A stretch of DNA of 38,685 nucleotides, filler included, from an uncultured virus (IMG/VR IMGVR_UViG_2061766007_001950) (6 parts of one record of this genome joined end to end with filler, not necessarily neighbours in it), one strand, 5' to 3'; positions 1-8,473 are shown, counted from the first letter of the whole stretch. Notes: generated from the sequence alone by a model not told the origin. Numbers and translations are program-made.

Positions 1-127
1 TCAAATCTCTGGTAATGACATACTCGTCCAATTCCTGAACAAGAACATCTGTGGCATCTTGGTCTACTTTAACGACGCCATTGATTTTACGATTAATATC
101 ATCTTGGAATAATTGTCCAATAACCAT
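1..127 (-). CDS. brxC: BREX system P-loop ATPase BrxC, N-terminus (runs off window)
   Basis: Manual translation MVIGQLFQDDINRKINGVVKVDQDATDVLVQELDEYVITRDL matches the typical BrxC N-terminus; AGGAGG RBS; directly downstream of brxB. Confidence 0.85.
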   Translation of the reverse strand, partial: MVIGQLFQDDINRKINGVVKVDQDATDVLVQELDEYVITRDL

Positions 128-139
128 TGCTGTTCCTCC

Positions 140-436
140 TTAAATCACATTGAAAGCTCGGTAGTAAGGATTTTTCTTCAGGCGATTAAATAGCTGCACA
201 TCACGTCCATCATAATTGCCCGGATAGAACACCAGAATCGGAACATCTGGAAATTCTGGCTGCATCGCATTTAACAGGTCATGGACTCTGATAAATGGAA
301 ATGCATCTCCCACTCCTGTGATGACGAGTACGTCACCAGCTTCATGCGGTTCGTATTTCATCTTATTTACAAACGCCGTATTATTGGCCATACGGCTCAT
401 TTGGTCTCGAATAAATTCTTTACCTTTTTTCTCTTC
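140..436 (-). CDS. brxB: BREX protein BrxB (DUF1788), C-terminal part only
   Basis: ITGVGDAFPFIRVHDLLN...VFYPGNYDG..LFNRL...YYRAFN is the DUF1788 C-terminal signature. The 5' part is replaced by dam-like sequence at about 437-463. Confidence 0.85.
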   Translation of the reverse strand, partial: EEKKGKEFIRDQMSRMANNTAFVNKMKYEPHEAGDVLVITGVGDAFPFIRVHDLLNAMQPEFPDVPILVFYPGNYDGRDVQLFNRLKKNPYYRAFNVI

Positions 437-473
437 CATTTGTGCTTTTCCACCAGCCCATTTNNNNNNNNNN

Positions 474-615
474 AAAGCGCTCCTCCACCAAAGAAGGGCT
501 CTATGTACTTTCCCGTATAGGTCGGAATAGTGGGCAGTATATCTTTGAGCATTTGTGCTTTTCCACCAGCCCATTTCATTATCGGTTTTAAGTTTTGTTT
601 AGATGACTTTGTCAT
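474..615 (-). CDS. Dam-family (D12 class) DNA adenine methyltransferase, N-terminal fragment
   Basis: KPIMKWAGGK and YIEPFFGGGAL motifs; alternative start at 621; truncated by an N gap. Confidence 0.8.
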
Positions 616-744
616 TGTCATTTCCTCTAATTTCTATAAAATAAATTCTTCTCTATCTATCGATGCATAGTCCTGCTCGTTTAGCTGTTTTATCAACTGA
701 TTTTCCAATTNNNNNNNNNNTAATAAATTCTTCCCTAACGGCGT

Positions 745-3027
745 TCATTCGCTCTCGTTCATCATCATGTCATAATGCTGCCGCTGATTCATTACATCGA
801 AGATCATGCGGAACACTTCCTTATACTGATCCACGTCAATGCTCTCATCAACAAAATGCAGGCCGTCATTGAAGGAGTTGCTGCTCTTGATGTATTTGAG
901 CATTGATTTCGCCAAATTATATTTGGTGTAGTCTGGCATGCCTCCCTCAACCTGTACAGCGAATTTCTCTTTGTTTTTAACCAGCACCTCGTCGCAGAGC
1001 TCTTCGCTATCATATCCGCAAAGCTGAAGGAAATAATACTCCAAGATGCGCCGGATCACGTTCATCAAAGGAATCGGGGCGTCCAGCTTATCAAATTCCT
1101 CCCATAGAGCAGAGTAGGAATTTTGCACCGGGTTATAGTTCTTGTCATCCTCACTGACTGCTTTCGATTCTCTGATACATGGCTCTACCGATGAGATGTT
1201 ATTCTTCTTGTTGATCTTAAAGAATGTGACGTACCTATAATGCCGTACCATGTTGTACGTCACTTCCCTATGGAAGAAGGCATTGTGTGTCAGTATAAAG
1301 ATCTGTTTGATGTACTTGCCTTCAAATTCTGGTTCCTTCAGGCTTACGTTATTCCTGCATACTGCCAGCATCTCTCTGATCAAAGCACTTACAATGAATA
1401 ACGCACTGCTATCCATGCTCGACACAGGATCGTCAATTACTACGATCTTATCTTTGCCTGTATCCAGCTCGCTCAAGCTGCCTCGAACAACATGGTAAAA
1501 GTACAGGAAGGCAATGAAGTTTCTTTCTCCCTCGCTGAGATTCTCAGCAATTGTTCCGTTCTCCCGGATTACCTCGTAAACACCTTTAACGCCTGATTTC
1601 TCCCTAAGTGAAAAACCTTCAAATCCGGAATCCAAAAGATGTGCATTGATGCTATCTACAGTCATCTTAGTATTGATAACCTTCGAATTGAGATCGGAGA
1701 ATTTCTTTTCAAGCTCCTTATATTTTTTCAGCAGCTCCTTAACCTTATCATCAAATGTTTTAATTGCGACTTCTATGTCCTTCTTGCTTTTCTTATAGGC
1801 AGCGACCTCATCCTTCAGAATAAAGGCGATCTCTTCCCAAACCATCTTCAAACACTCCAGCTGCTTGTCGTGCTTGGTGCTTACAATATCATTGTTAACC
1901 TGCGTTTGCTTATTGATCTCATCGATCAAATCGTCTATTTCCTTTATCAGCGTGTCGGTATCTTTGAGCGTGACTTCCTTCGCTGGTGAGTCTACCTTAC
2001 CTGCAATTTTACGTTGGTTTGTTGTGATAGCAGACTCCAGCTGCGCCAGCTTCTTTTCGTATTCCTTCGTATCCACCTTCGGGAAAACATCAGAAAGGTT
2101 ATCCTGTAACAGTGTAAGAATTTGGCTCATCTTACTCGAATAAGCTGTTTGGAAAGCATCCAACGCAAGCAGATCATTCTGATACTGCTCATCGAAGCAT
2201 TCCTTGATATTCTTCTCAAAATCATCAGGCAATTTTTGCTGACAGAACGGGCACTTCTTATCCGAGTGTCCTACATACGCAGCATGACCGTTCTTTACCC
2301 AGTCTGTCGCATTCAGCGCTTTCATAAACTTAGCAAAGTCTGTCTCGCTACTGCTGGTGATTGATTTACTTAATAAGCTGGCTCCCGACAGGTCGTATCG
2401 ACCGGGAACATCTTTGGACTTCTTGAAAAGCGGGTATGATTTTGCATTTGGATCATATGCTACATCATACAGTTCCTGAATATCTTTTGTTTCATGATGG
2501 ACTGCCGCATGCTCTCCAGAGAGCACCGCTTCGGAGAACTGCGCCTTTTTCTTCTTTCCGGTCTGGGTCTTTTCAAATGCTTTTCTAACAGTCTCTGTAT
2601 TATCCCAACATGTGGCCTGAAAGTTTGTGAGCAGCGGATCTAATTCTTCTTTTTTCGTATCCCTATCTGCTGCAGCCTTTTTTCCGTCTTCTATAACAAC
2701 ATCTCGCTCAGCTGTTGTTTCATCGATCTTCTTTCTGGTCTCAACGTTCTCTTCACTTAACGTAAAGACCCCTTTGAGGTCGCCATAAGTCTCAAAATTC
2801 TTATTAATGAAATCCTGATTGTAAATCAGAATCGTGTAGTTATCTGCATTGACGCCGGTTTGCCACTCTAAGGCGGATGGATCATCTATCGCTTTCGCTA
2901 TTGTGGATTTGCCGGAGCCATTCTTTCCGAAGAAAAAATTTATATATGTGGGCTCGATAGATTCGTTTTGAAAAGTTGCATCGTTGACTACAACCTTTTT
3001 AATCAGCCCTTTCATTTTTTCTGCCAT
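745..3027 (-). CDS. rloC: RloC-like wobble-nucleotide-excising anticodon nuclease (AAA_13 ABC-ATPase, zinc hook, HEPN), 760 aa
   Basis: Walker A GKNGSGKST, coiled coils around zinc hook CPFC, signature LSEGE, Walker B VVIDDPVSSMD, H-loop LTHN, C-terminal RRILE (RxxxE) and NDGLH (NxxxH). GAGGTG RBS before ATG at 3027. Confidence 0.8.
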   Translation of the reverse strand: MAEKMKGLIKKVVVNDATFQNESIEPTYINFFFGKNGSGKSTIAKAIDDPSALEWQTGVNADNYTILIYNQDFINKNFETYGDLKGVFTLSEENVETRKKIDETTAERDVVIEDGKKAAADRDTKKEELDPLLTNFQATCWDNTETVRKAFEKTQTGKKKKAQFSEAVLSGEHAAVHHETKDIQELYDVAYDPNAKSYPLFKKSKDVPGRYDLSGASLLSKSITSSSETDFAKFMKALNATDWVKNGHAAYVGHSDKKCPFCQQKLPDDFEKNIKECFDEQYQNDLLALDAFQTAYSSKMSQILTLLQDNLSDVFPKVDTKEYEKKLAQLESAITTNQRKIAGKVDSPAKEVTLKDTDTLIKEIDDLIDEINKQTQVNNDIVSTKHDKQLECLKMVWEEIAFILKDEVAAYKKSKKDIEVAIKTFDDKVKELLKKYKELEKKFSDLNSKVINTKMTVDSINAHLLDSGFEGFSLREKSGVKGVYEVIRENGTIAENLSEGERNFIAFLYFYHVVRGSLSELDTGKDKIVVIDDPVSSMDSSALFIVSALIREMLAVCRNNVSLKEPEFEGKYIKQIFILTHNAFFHREVTYNMVRHYRYVTFFKINKKNNISSVEPCIRESKAVSEDDKNYNPVQNSYSALWEEFDKLDAPIPLMNVIRRILEYYFLQLCGYDSEELCDEVLVKNKEKFAVQVEGGMPDYTKYNLAKSMLKYIKSSNSFNDGLHFVDESIDVDQYKEVFRMIFDVMNQRQHYDMMMNESE

Positions 3028-3053
3028 TGATTCACCTCTTATACCAGAGCTCT

Positions 3054-3266
3054 CTACTCTGTAATCTTTCCATCTCTCAGCCAAGCATCGACTTCGGATA
3101 TCTTGAATTTATACCGTTTCCCTGCACGATAATACGGGAGCTTGCCGTTCTTAATCCATGCCCTGACGGTGTCCGTGCTCACGCTAAGATGCTCAGCTAT
3201 ATCCTCAAGATTTACCCATTTTTCTGGCATTGCTTCTGTATTAGTAGTTTCCAGTTCTCGGTTCAT
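3054..3266 (-). CDS. Excisionase-like HTH_17 DNA-binding protein
   Basis: WVNLEDIAEHLSVSTDTVRAWIKNGKLPYYRAGKRYKFKISEVDAW; GGGAGG RBS. Confidence 0.85.
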   Translation of the reverse strand: MNRELETTNTEAMPEKWVNLEDIAEHLSVSTDTVRAWIKNGKLPYYRAGKRYKFKISEVDAWLRDGKITE

Positions 3267-3291
3267 TATCTGCCTCCCTATAATGCGTCTG

Positions 3292-3936
3292 TTAACGCTG
3301 CATGTTGAATACGGGTATCTGTATGTTTGCTTCCAACAACTCCTGTATCAGATCAACTCGTTTAATCGCCCAGTGGGTGCGATTCAGCTCATTGAACACG
3401 TCTGTTCCTTTCAGGCCAAGTTCTTCCAGCAGCCCATTCAGTCGCTGCTGTTTGATATCTTTGGTGTATCCGCAATAGTAGATCTTGACGTCCTCTTCGT
3501 AAATTTTGACATCAGATACAAATCCATATATTACTCGCTGTTCCTCTGATGCTTTTCCGTATTCCTTGTTCTCTGCCATAAACAAGGACGGTAAAGTTTT
3601 GATTTCTGCAATCATCTCAGGTGTCAGAGCATCGAATCTCTTCTTTGTCTCATCAGTCATATACTCGCAGAGAGAACGCTTTCGCATTATCTTGAAATAA
3701 TGCTTATCAAATTCTTCGATCCCCACCACGAACAGATTGTAATATTCCCTGTTAATTACGCTCGGAATATAGAACGACCCTGTTGGTGTGGCCGGTATCC
3801 ATCCTTGCTGTACATTTATATTAACCGTCCCGTAGTTCGGGATCATGACATTATCGTTGCCTGTCTGCTGGTATTGATCCTGCCCTTGAGGGCTTAACGG
3901 ATTTACAGAGATGGTCTGAATCTTATTATCCATCAT
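3292..3936 (-). CDS. Hypothetical protein (214 aa) with N-terminal QQTGNDNVMIPNYGTVNIN motif
   Basis: Intact ORF; AAGGAGG RBS overlapping the stop of the upstream gene; no recognisable enzyme motif. Confidence 0.75.
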   Translation of the reverse strand: MMDNKIQTISVNPLSPQGQDQYQQTGNDNVMIPNYGTVNINVQQGWIPATPTGSFYIPSVINREYYNLFVVGIEEFDKHYFKIMRKRSLCEYMTDETKKRFDALTPEMIAEIKTLPSLFMAENKEYGKASEEQRVIYGFVSDVKIYEEDVKIYYCGYTKDIKQQRLNGLLEELGLKGTDVFNELNRTHWAIKRVDLIQELLEANIQIPVFNMQR

Positions 3937-3944
3937 CGCCCTCC

Positions 3945-4817
3945 TTACTTCTTGTTGATGTTGATCGTCCCATAATTAGGGATCACAGTATTGCCATCGC
4001 CATTTTGCTGGATGATAAGTGGATTATTATAAATTTGTGTTGCTCCCTTGGGTGCAGTCTCCGTTTCCGGTTCATCAAACACCTCCTCCACATCCGGCTC
4101 CAGAATAACGTCTTCCGATTCATCCTCAATGGTCGGTTGTGTCTGATAAACATCGATGTCTGACAGAATGCCTTCTCCCATGTGACCGCGATATGGTCTT
4201 GGTGAATTTCCATTCGAAGGGCACCAGTAATCATAGGTTTTCTGGCCTACTCCGTTATCCTTACGATTAACAACGGTATAATGCCATACGCCAAGCAAAA
4301 AAGCCGGAAGACATATTTTTTTGAAGCTTTTAATCACATCCTTCCGAGCGGGTCTACCATCCACCTGAACATACAGCTTCTCACCGTTGCCGATGCTTTC
4401 ATCCTGATCAATCAGATCCACCAGTGCCTTAACCAATCGTTCGTCTTTCCCTACAGCATCGCCTGTGTCTATGAATCGGTTAACAAAATCGATCATATCA
4501 TTTAGCGCCATCGGATAATTGTTTTTTACACGCTTATCAAAAGCATCTACTTCCGCTGTATCTCCAAATGGGAAATATGTACTTGTCGACGTCCGACATG
4601 CCTTGAAGTCGTTTGTGGCACCCTTTATAGTCTTCGGCTCTATTTCCCTATAGTCAGGATTGATGACTTTACACAAACCCATCAATACTTCAGGGTCGGA
4701 TAATCCATCCCTTTCACCTTTATAATGTTCTCTTGCTTTCTTTCTTTGCTTAAGTGCTTGTAACACCAAAATGAAAAAAGTGCCACCGCTCAAGCGTGGA
4801 TATTCACTGTTTGTCAC
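3945..4817 (-). CDS. Hypothetical protein (290 aa) with acidic linker and C-terminal QQNGDGNTVIPNYGTININ motif
   Basis: Intact ORF; GTG start with GGAGG RBS; first gene after a consensus sigma-A promoter. Confidence 0.75.
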   Translation of the reverse strand: MTNSEYPRLSGGTFFILVLQALKQRKKAREHYKGERDGLSDPEVLMGLCKVINPDYREIEPKTIKGATNDFKACRTSTSTYFPFGDTAEVDAFDKRVKNNYPMALNDMIDFVNRFIDTGDAVGKDERLVKALVDLIDQDESIGNGEKLYVQVDGRPARKDVIKSFKKICLPAFLLGVWHYTVVNRKDNGVGQKTYDYWCPSNGNSPRPYRGHMGEGILSDIDVYQTQPTIEDESEDVILEPDVEEVFDEPETETAPKGATQIYNNPLIIQQNGDGNTVIPNYGTININKK

Positions 4818-4905
4818 AGATATTCCTCCGGTTTACTCTGATTGTCTTTTGGGTTCTGCTCATCGAGAATCTCCGCCCAATTCCTAACAAACCCCACTAA
4901 ATCCG

Positions 4906-4934
4906 ATTATAGCACGAAACAGTCATAATATCAA
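4906..4934 (-). promoter_or_regulatory. Sigma-A promoter of the leftward four-gene operon
   Basis: Minus strand TTGATA-17 nt-TATAAT with extended -10 (TGcTATAAT). Confidence 0.75.
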
Positions 4935-5027
4935 TTTCGCATATTAAAGCGTGGTCTGTAAAAAAATTCAAAGTCGAACCTTAAGAACCTACCGAACCAT
5001 AGCAGCCGACCTTGCATACGATTGGAT

Positions 5028-5060
5028 AGCTCTTGTGAGAAATCACAGGAGCTTTTTCTT
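5028..5060 (+). terminator. Intrinsic terminator/attenuator upstream of the sigma-like gene
   Basis: AGCTCTTGTGA-GAAA-TCACAGGAGCT stem (11 bp, one G-U, GNRA loop) followed by TTTTCTT. Confidence 0.6.
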
Positions 5061-5106
5061 CCTGTGGTTTCCGCAGAAATTTTGCAAATCGCAGGAGGAA
5101 ATCAAT

Positions 5107-5732
5107 ATGTCAAAAGAAGTAAAAAAACAGTATCGTATCTACGACAAAGGAACCCGTCAGTGGTTCGAAGTAACACCGGAACAGTACGCGGAGTTTGACC
5201 GCTTCCGTACNNNNNNNNNNTTGAAGTTAAATTAGATGCTAAAAATTTGTAATTAAGAACGGCGTTCATTCGCTCTCGTTCATCATCATGTCATAATGCT
5301 GCCGCTGNNNNNNNNNNAAACAAGAGAAAACGCGAGCAGTATCACGGGCGCTGCATGTGCCCTCGCAGCAAGTGGTGGCTCTGCGACGGGATGTGTGACG
5401 ACTGCGAATATCACGCTCCCGGAGACACCCTGTCACTTGATAAACCCGTCTCTGACAGCGAAGGCGATGAGGTTACCCTCGCTGACACGCTGGTTGATCC
5501 GTCACCGTCACCTGAAGACATCATCTGCGACATGGATGAGCTGGAGCACCTGTTTAAGGATCTGGAGGAACTGATGCCTGAAGCGTTCCAGATCGGAAGG
5601 CTCAGGGAAGATGGAAAGACGGACGGAGAGATCGCCGAAATCATCAAGATCAAGAGGACGACCTTCCGCAGCCAGATCGACAAGGCCGCTAAGATCCTCG
5701 CAAAGAAATATCCCGACCACTTTAATATCTAA
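5107..5732 (+). CDS. Phage sigma-70 region-4-like transcriptional regulator with Cys cluster (interrupted by gaps and a misplaced fragment)
   Basis: N-terminus MSKEVKKQYRIYDK from ATG 5107 (AGGAGG RBS); CMCPRSKWWLCDGMCDDC cluster; C-terminal HTH GKTDGEIAEIIKIKRTTFRSQI. Confidence 0.6.
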
Positions 5733-5739
5733 TGTAGTT

Positions 5740-5775
5740 ATCCGGCTGCCATCACAGTGGCCGGATTTCTTTTTG
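5740..5775 (+). terminator. Intrinsic terminator after the sigma-like gene
   Basis: ATCCGGC...GCCGGAT stem followed by TTCTTTTTG. Confidence 0.6.
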
Positions 5776-5831
5776 TCTATATTAGCAGCAATTTATATAT
5801 TTTGCTGCTAATCAAAACTTTTCAATTTTCC

Positions 5832-5868
5832 TTCGTCAATCCCTACCCCTCACCTCCAGTGGGAAGTG
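5832..5868 (+). promoter_or_regulatory. Bipartite phage motif TTCGTCAA-N12-ACCTCCAGTGG (candidate phage-sigma promoter)
   Basis: The same two boxes with identical 12-nt spacing recur at 24441-24471 upstream of the SHOCT/recombinase module. Confidence 0.5.
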
Positions 5869-5911
5869 TAAGGAGCACAAAACGAGACGCTCCGGATTGG
5901 AGGTGAACCCC

Positions 5912-6112
5912 ATGTACAGAACACGAAGCCCTGCTGACGAAGAAGTGATCGACGTTCTGATCGCAATCAGTCAGGTATCCGCAAGGCTGGCAAGAAAGCT
6001 CAAAGTCTTATCAGCCCAGAGTCAATCCGAGGAAGGAGGAAAATCACATGAGCAAAATGAGCGAAATGGATCTGACCATCAAAGAGCTCCGCGATGCTGC
6101 TGCCGCTATTAA
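5912..6112 (+). CDS. Small phage hypothetical protein
   Basis: GGAGGTG RBS before ATG 5912; first gene of the replication operon. Confidence 0.55.
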   Translation: MYRTRSPADEEVIDVLIAISQVSARLARKLKVLSAQSQSEEGGKSHEQNERNGSDHQRAPRCCCRY

Positions 6113-6669
6113 CAGCGCCGCCGACTGGCTGGCCGGGCAGTTCTCCGGCACGCAGGATCAGGAGGTACCTAAGAAGGAACCGGAACTGAAGCTCGAAGAT
6201 GTCCGCGCTGTTCTGGCAGATATGTCAAGGAAAGGACACACGGCTGAAATCCGCGACCTGCTCAAGAAGTATGGTGCCGAGAAGCTCTCCGGTGTCGATA
6301 AGGCAAACTACAAGGCGCTGCTTAANNNNNNNNNNCGCCTCCGGGTATGCGGCCTACGTTCTGGAACAGGTCGAGGCCGCCAAGGAAACCTGCAGCGACC
6401 CGGTTGTCCTGATCGAGCAACGAGTCGACTTCTCCCGATGGGTAGAGGAAGGCTTCGGAACCGCCGACTGCATCATCATCGCGGACGGCACCCTGCAGGT
6501 CATNNNNNNNNNNGTCCGTGCAGTTCTGGCAGACATGTCAAGGAAAGGACACACGGCTGAAATCCGCGACCTGCTTAAGAAGTACGGTGCTGAGAAGCTC
6601 TCCGGTGTCGATCCGGCAAACTACAAGGCGCTGCTTAAGGATGTGGAGGGACTGGACGATGGCAACTAA
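6048..6669 (+). CDS. Conserved phage protein preceding DUF2800 (two allelic fragments)
   Basis: LKLEDVRAVLADMSRKGHTAEIRDLLKKYGAEKLSGVDPANYKALL; GGAGG RBS; C-terminal allele at 6514-6669. Confidence 0.6.
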
Positions 6670-6765
6670 ACACGCACTACTCTCTGCATCATCATCAGAC
6701 CGCTGGATTCACTGTCCACCGTCAGCAAGGCTCTCNNNNNNNNNNAGATGTGGAGGGACTGGACG

Positions 6766-7376
6766 ATGGCAACTAAACACGCACTACTCTCCGCATCATC
6801 ATCAGACCGCTGGATTCACTGTCCGCCGTCAGCAAGGCTCTCCGAGACCTACGAGGATAAAGGCAGTGACTACGCCGCTGAGGGCACCGACGCGCACAGC
6901 CTGTGCGAATACAAGCTGAAGACAGTGTTGGGCATGGAGGCCGATGATCCGACAGAGAACCTCAGCTGGTTCAATCAGGAGATGGACGACTGTGCATCCG
7001 GGTACGCCGCCTACGTTCTGGAACAGGTCGAGGCCGCCAAGGAAACCTGCAGCGATCCGGTCGTCCTGATCGAGCAGCGAGTCGACTTCTCCCGATGGGT
7101 AGAGGAAGGTTTCGGAACCGCCGACTGCATCATCATCGCGGACGGCACCCTGCAGGTCATTGACTTCAAATATGGACTCGGCGTGTTGGTCAGCGCTACG
7201 GAGAATCCACAGATGATGTGCTATGCGCTCGGTGCTTTGGAGCTCTTTGATGGCATCTATGACATCGACACAGTCTGGATGACGATCTACCAGCCGCGCC
7301 GGGACAACCTGAGCACCTATGAGCTATCAAAGGACGACCTGCATACGTGGGCGGACGACGTACTGAAGCCTGCAGC
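6766..7376 (+). CDS. DUF2800 family PD-(D/E)XK (Cas4-like) phage nuclease, partial
   Basis: HALLSASSSDRWIHCPPS, AAEGTDAH, GFGTADCII, IDFKYG, QMMCYALGA, IYQPR. Allelic fragments at 6336-6503 and 6659-6735. Confidence 0.85.
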
Positions 7377-7476
7377 NNNNNNNNNNNNNNNNNNNNNNNN
7401 NNNNNNNNNNNNNNNNNNNNTTAATTAATTAANNNNNNNNNNNNNNNNNNNNNNNNNNNNNNNNNNNNNNNNNNNN
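7377..7476. other. Artificial contig linker 44N-TTAATTAATTAA-44N (also 9544-9643, 12021-12120, 28777-28876, 37499-37598)
   Basis: Five identical 100-nt spacers with stop codons in all six frames. Confidence 0.95.
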
Positions 7477-8266
7477 GTAGTCTGTCGATGGGGAGTAGCG
7501 GAGCCGGTCGATGTATTCTCGGGACAGGATCAAGGCCTGCCCGACATCTGAGTAATCGCCGGGCTGCAGGAGGAGCTCCTGATTATATTTTTCCGGAGGG
7601 ATGTAATCGTCCTGAGATGACACCTTGCCGTAAAAGCGGAGTGCGCTGCGCCAGATGGTATCCAGCTCGTGGGCATCCAGAGGTGGATCGCAGTTTTTCG
7701 AGAATTCGATAAAGCGATCATGGGCTTCTTCGGTGTTGCCGTAACGTTTCAGGATTCTTCCGGCGTAGTGGGACATGGTAGCGTTCCGGGAGCCTTCCGG
7801 TATGGTGATGCTGCCGTAGGTGCCGCCGTCCATGTTCTCATCAAACTCATCGTCCAGAAATGAGGTCAGGTTCATGGGTGCATCAAAGACCTCGACCTGC
7901 GGATCAGCTGTCCCATAAAAGAACCGGGCAGCATCCAGCGCCTGCGTATCGAAGTACGGAAAGATGGCACTAACCAGCCTTTTCAGGTTGCTGTATTCCG
8001 TTGCGTCGGTGATCCTTTCGATNNNNNNNNNNGGAGCCTTCTGGGATGGTGATGCTGCCGTAGGTGCCGCCGTCCATGTTTTCATCAAACTCATCATCCA
8101 GAAATGTGGTCAGGTTCATCGGTGCATCAAAGACCTCGACCTGCGGATCAGCTGTCCCATAAAAGAACCGGGCAGCATCCAGCGCCTGCGTATCGAAATA
8201 CGGGAAGATGGCGCTGACCAGCCTTTTCAGGTTGCTGTATTCCGTTGCGTCGGTGATCCTTTCGAT
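7477..8266 (-). CDS. Phage primase (P4-like, PriCT-1 region), two reverse-oriented allelic fragments
   Basis: FDTQALDAARFFYG, IPEGSRNATMSHYAG, CDPPLDAHELDTIWRSA; continues the protein starting at 9020. Confidence 0.75.
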
Positions 8267-8282
8267 NNNNNNNNNNTAAAAA

Positions 8283-8473
8283 ATGTACGAGATAAGAGAA
8301 AGCATTCGCAGAATCGATGGCATTGATATTCCAACCTACTCAAGAGAGGTTTGTGGCGCAAACATTCTCGATGTTGAAGCTGGAACTAATGGCTATCAAG
8401 GTGGAGATACCGGTCACGGAAGCCGAACTTACTTCAGAATCACGAATTGTGGTGGTACGGATATTCAAATCAG
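8283..8473 (+). CDS. Phage hypothetical protein, N-terminal fragment (divergent homologue of 8747-9020)
   Basis: NILDVEAGTNGYQGGDTGHGSRTYFRI versus NILEVEAGTTGYMGGDTGHGGRTYFRI. Confidence 0.55.

Noticed and set aside
745..1070. Catalytically dead RloC nuclease domain
   Set aside because: It initially looked divergent, but RRILE and NDGLH satisfy the RxxxE and NxxxH motifs.
3028..3084. 19-aa N-terminal extension of RloC in the ORF track
   Set aside because: It overlaps the HTH gene; the ATG at 3027 has a good GAGGTG RBS.
7421..7432. Palindromic TTAATTAATTAA recurring five times
   Set aside because: Always centred in an exact 44N+12+44N block; an artificial all-frame-stop contig spacer, not biology.
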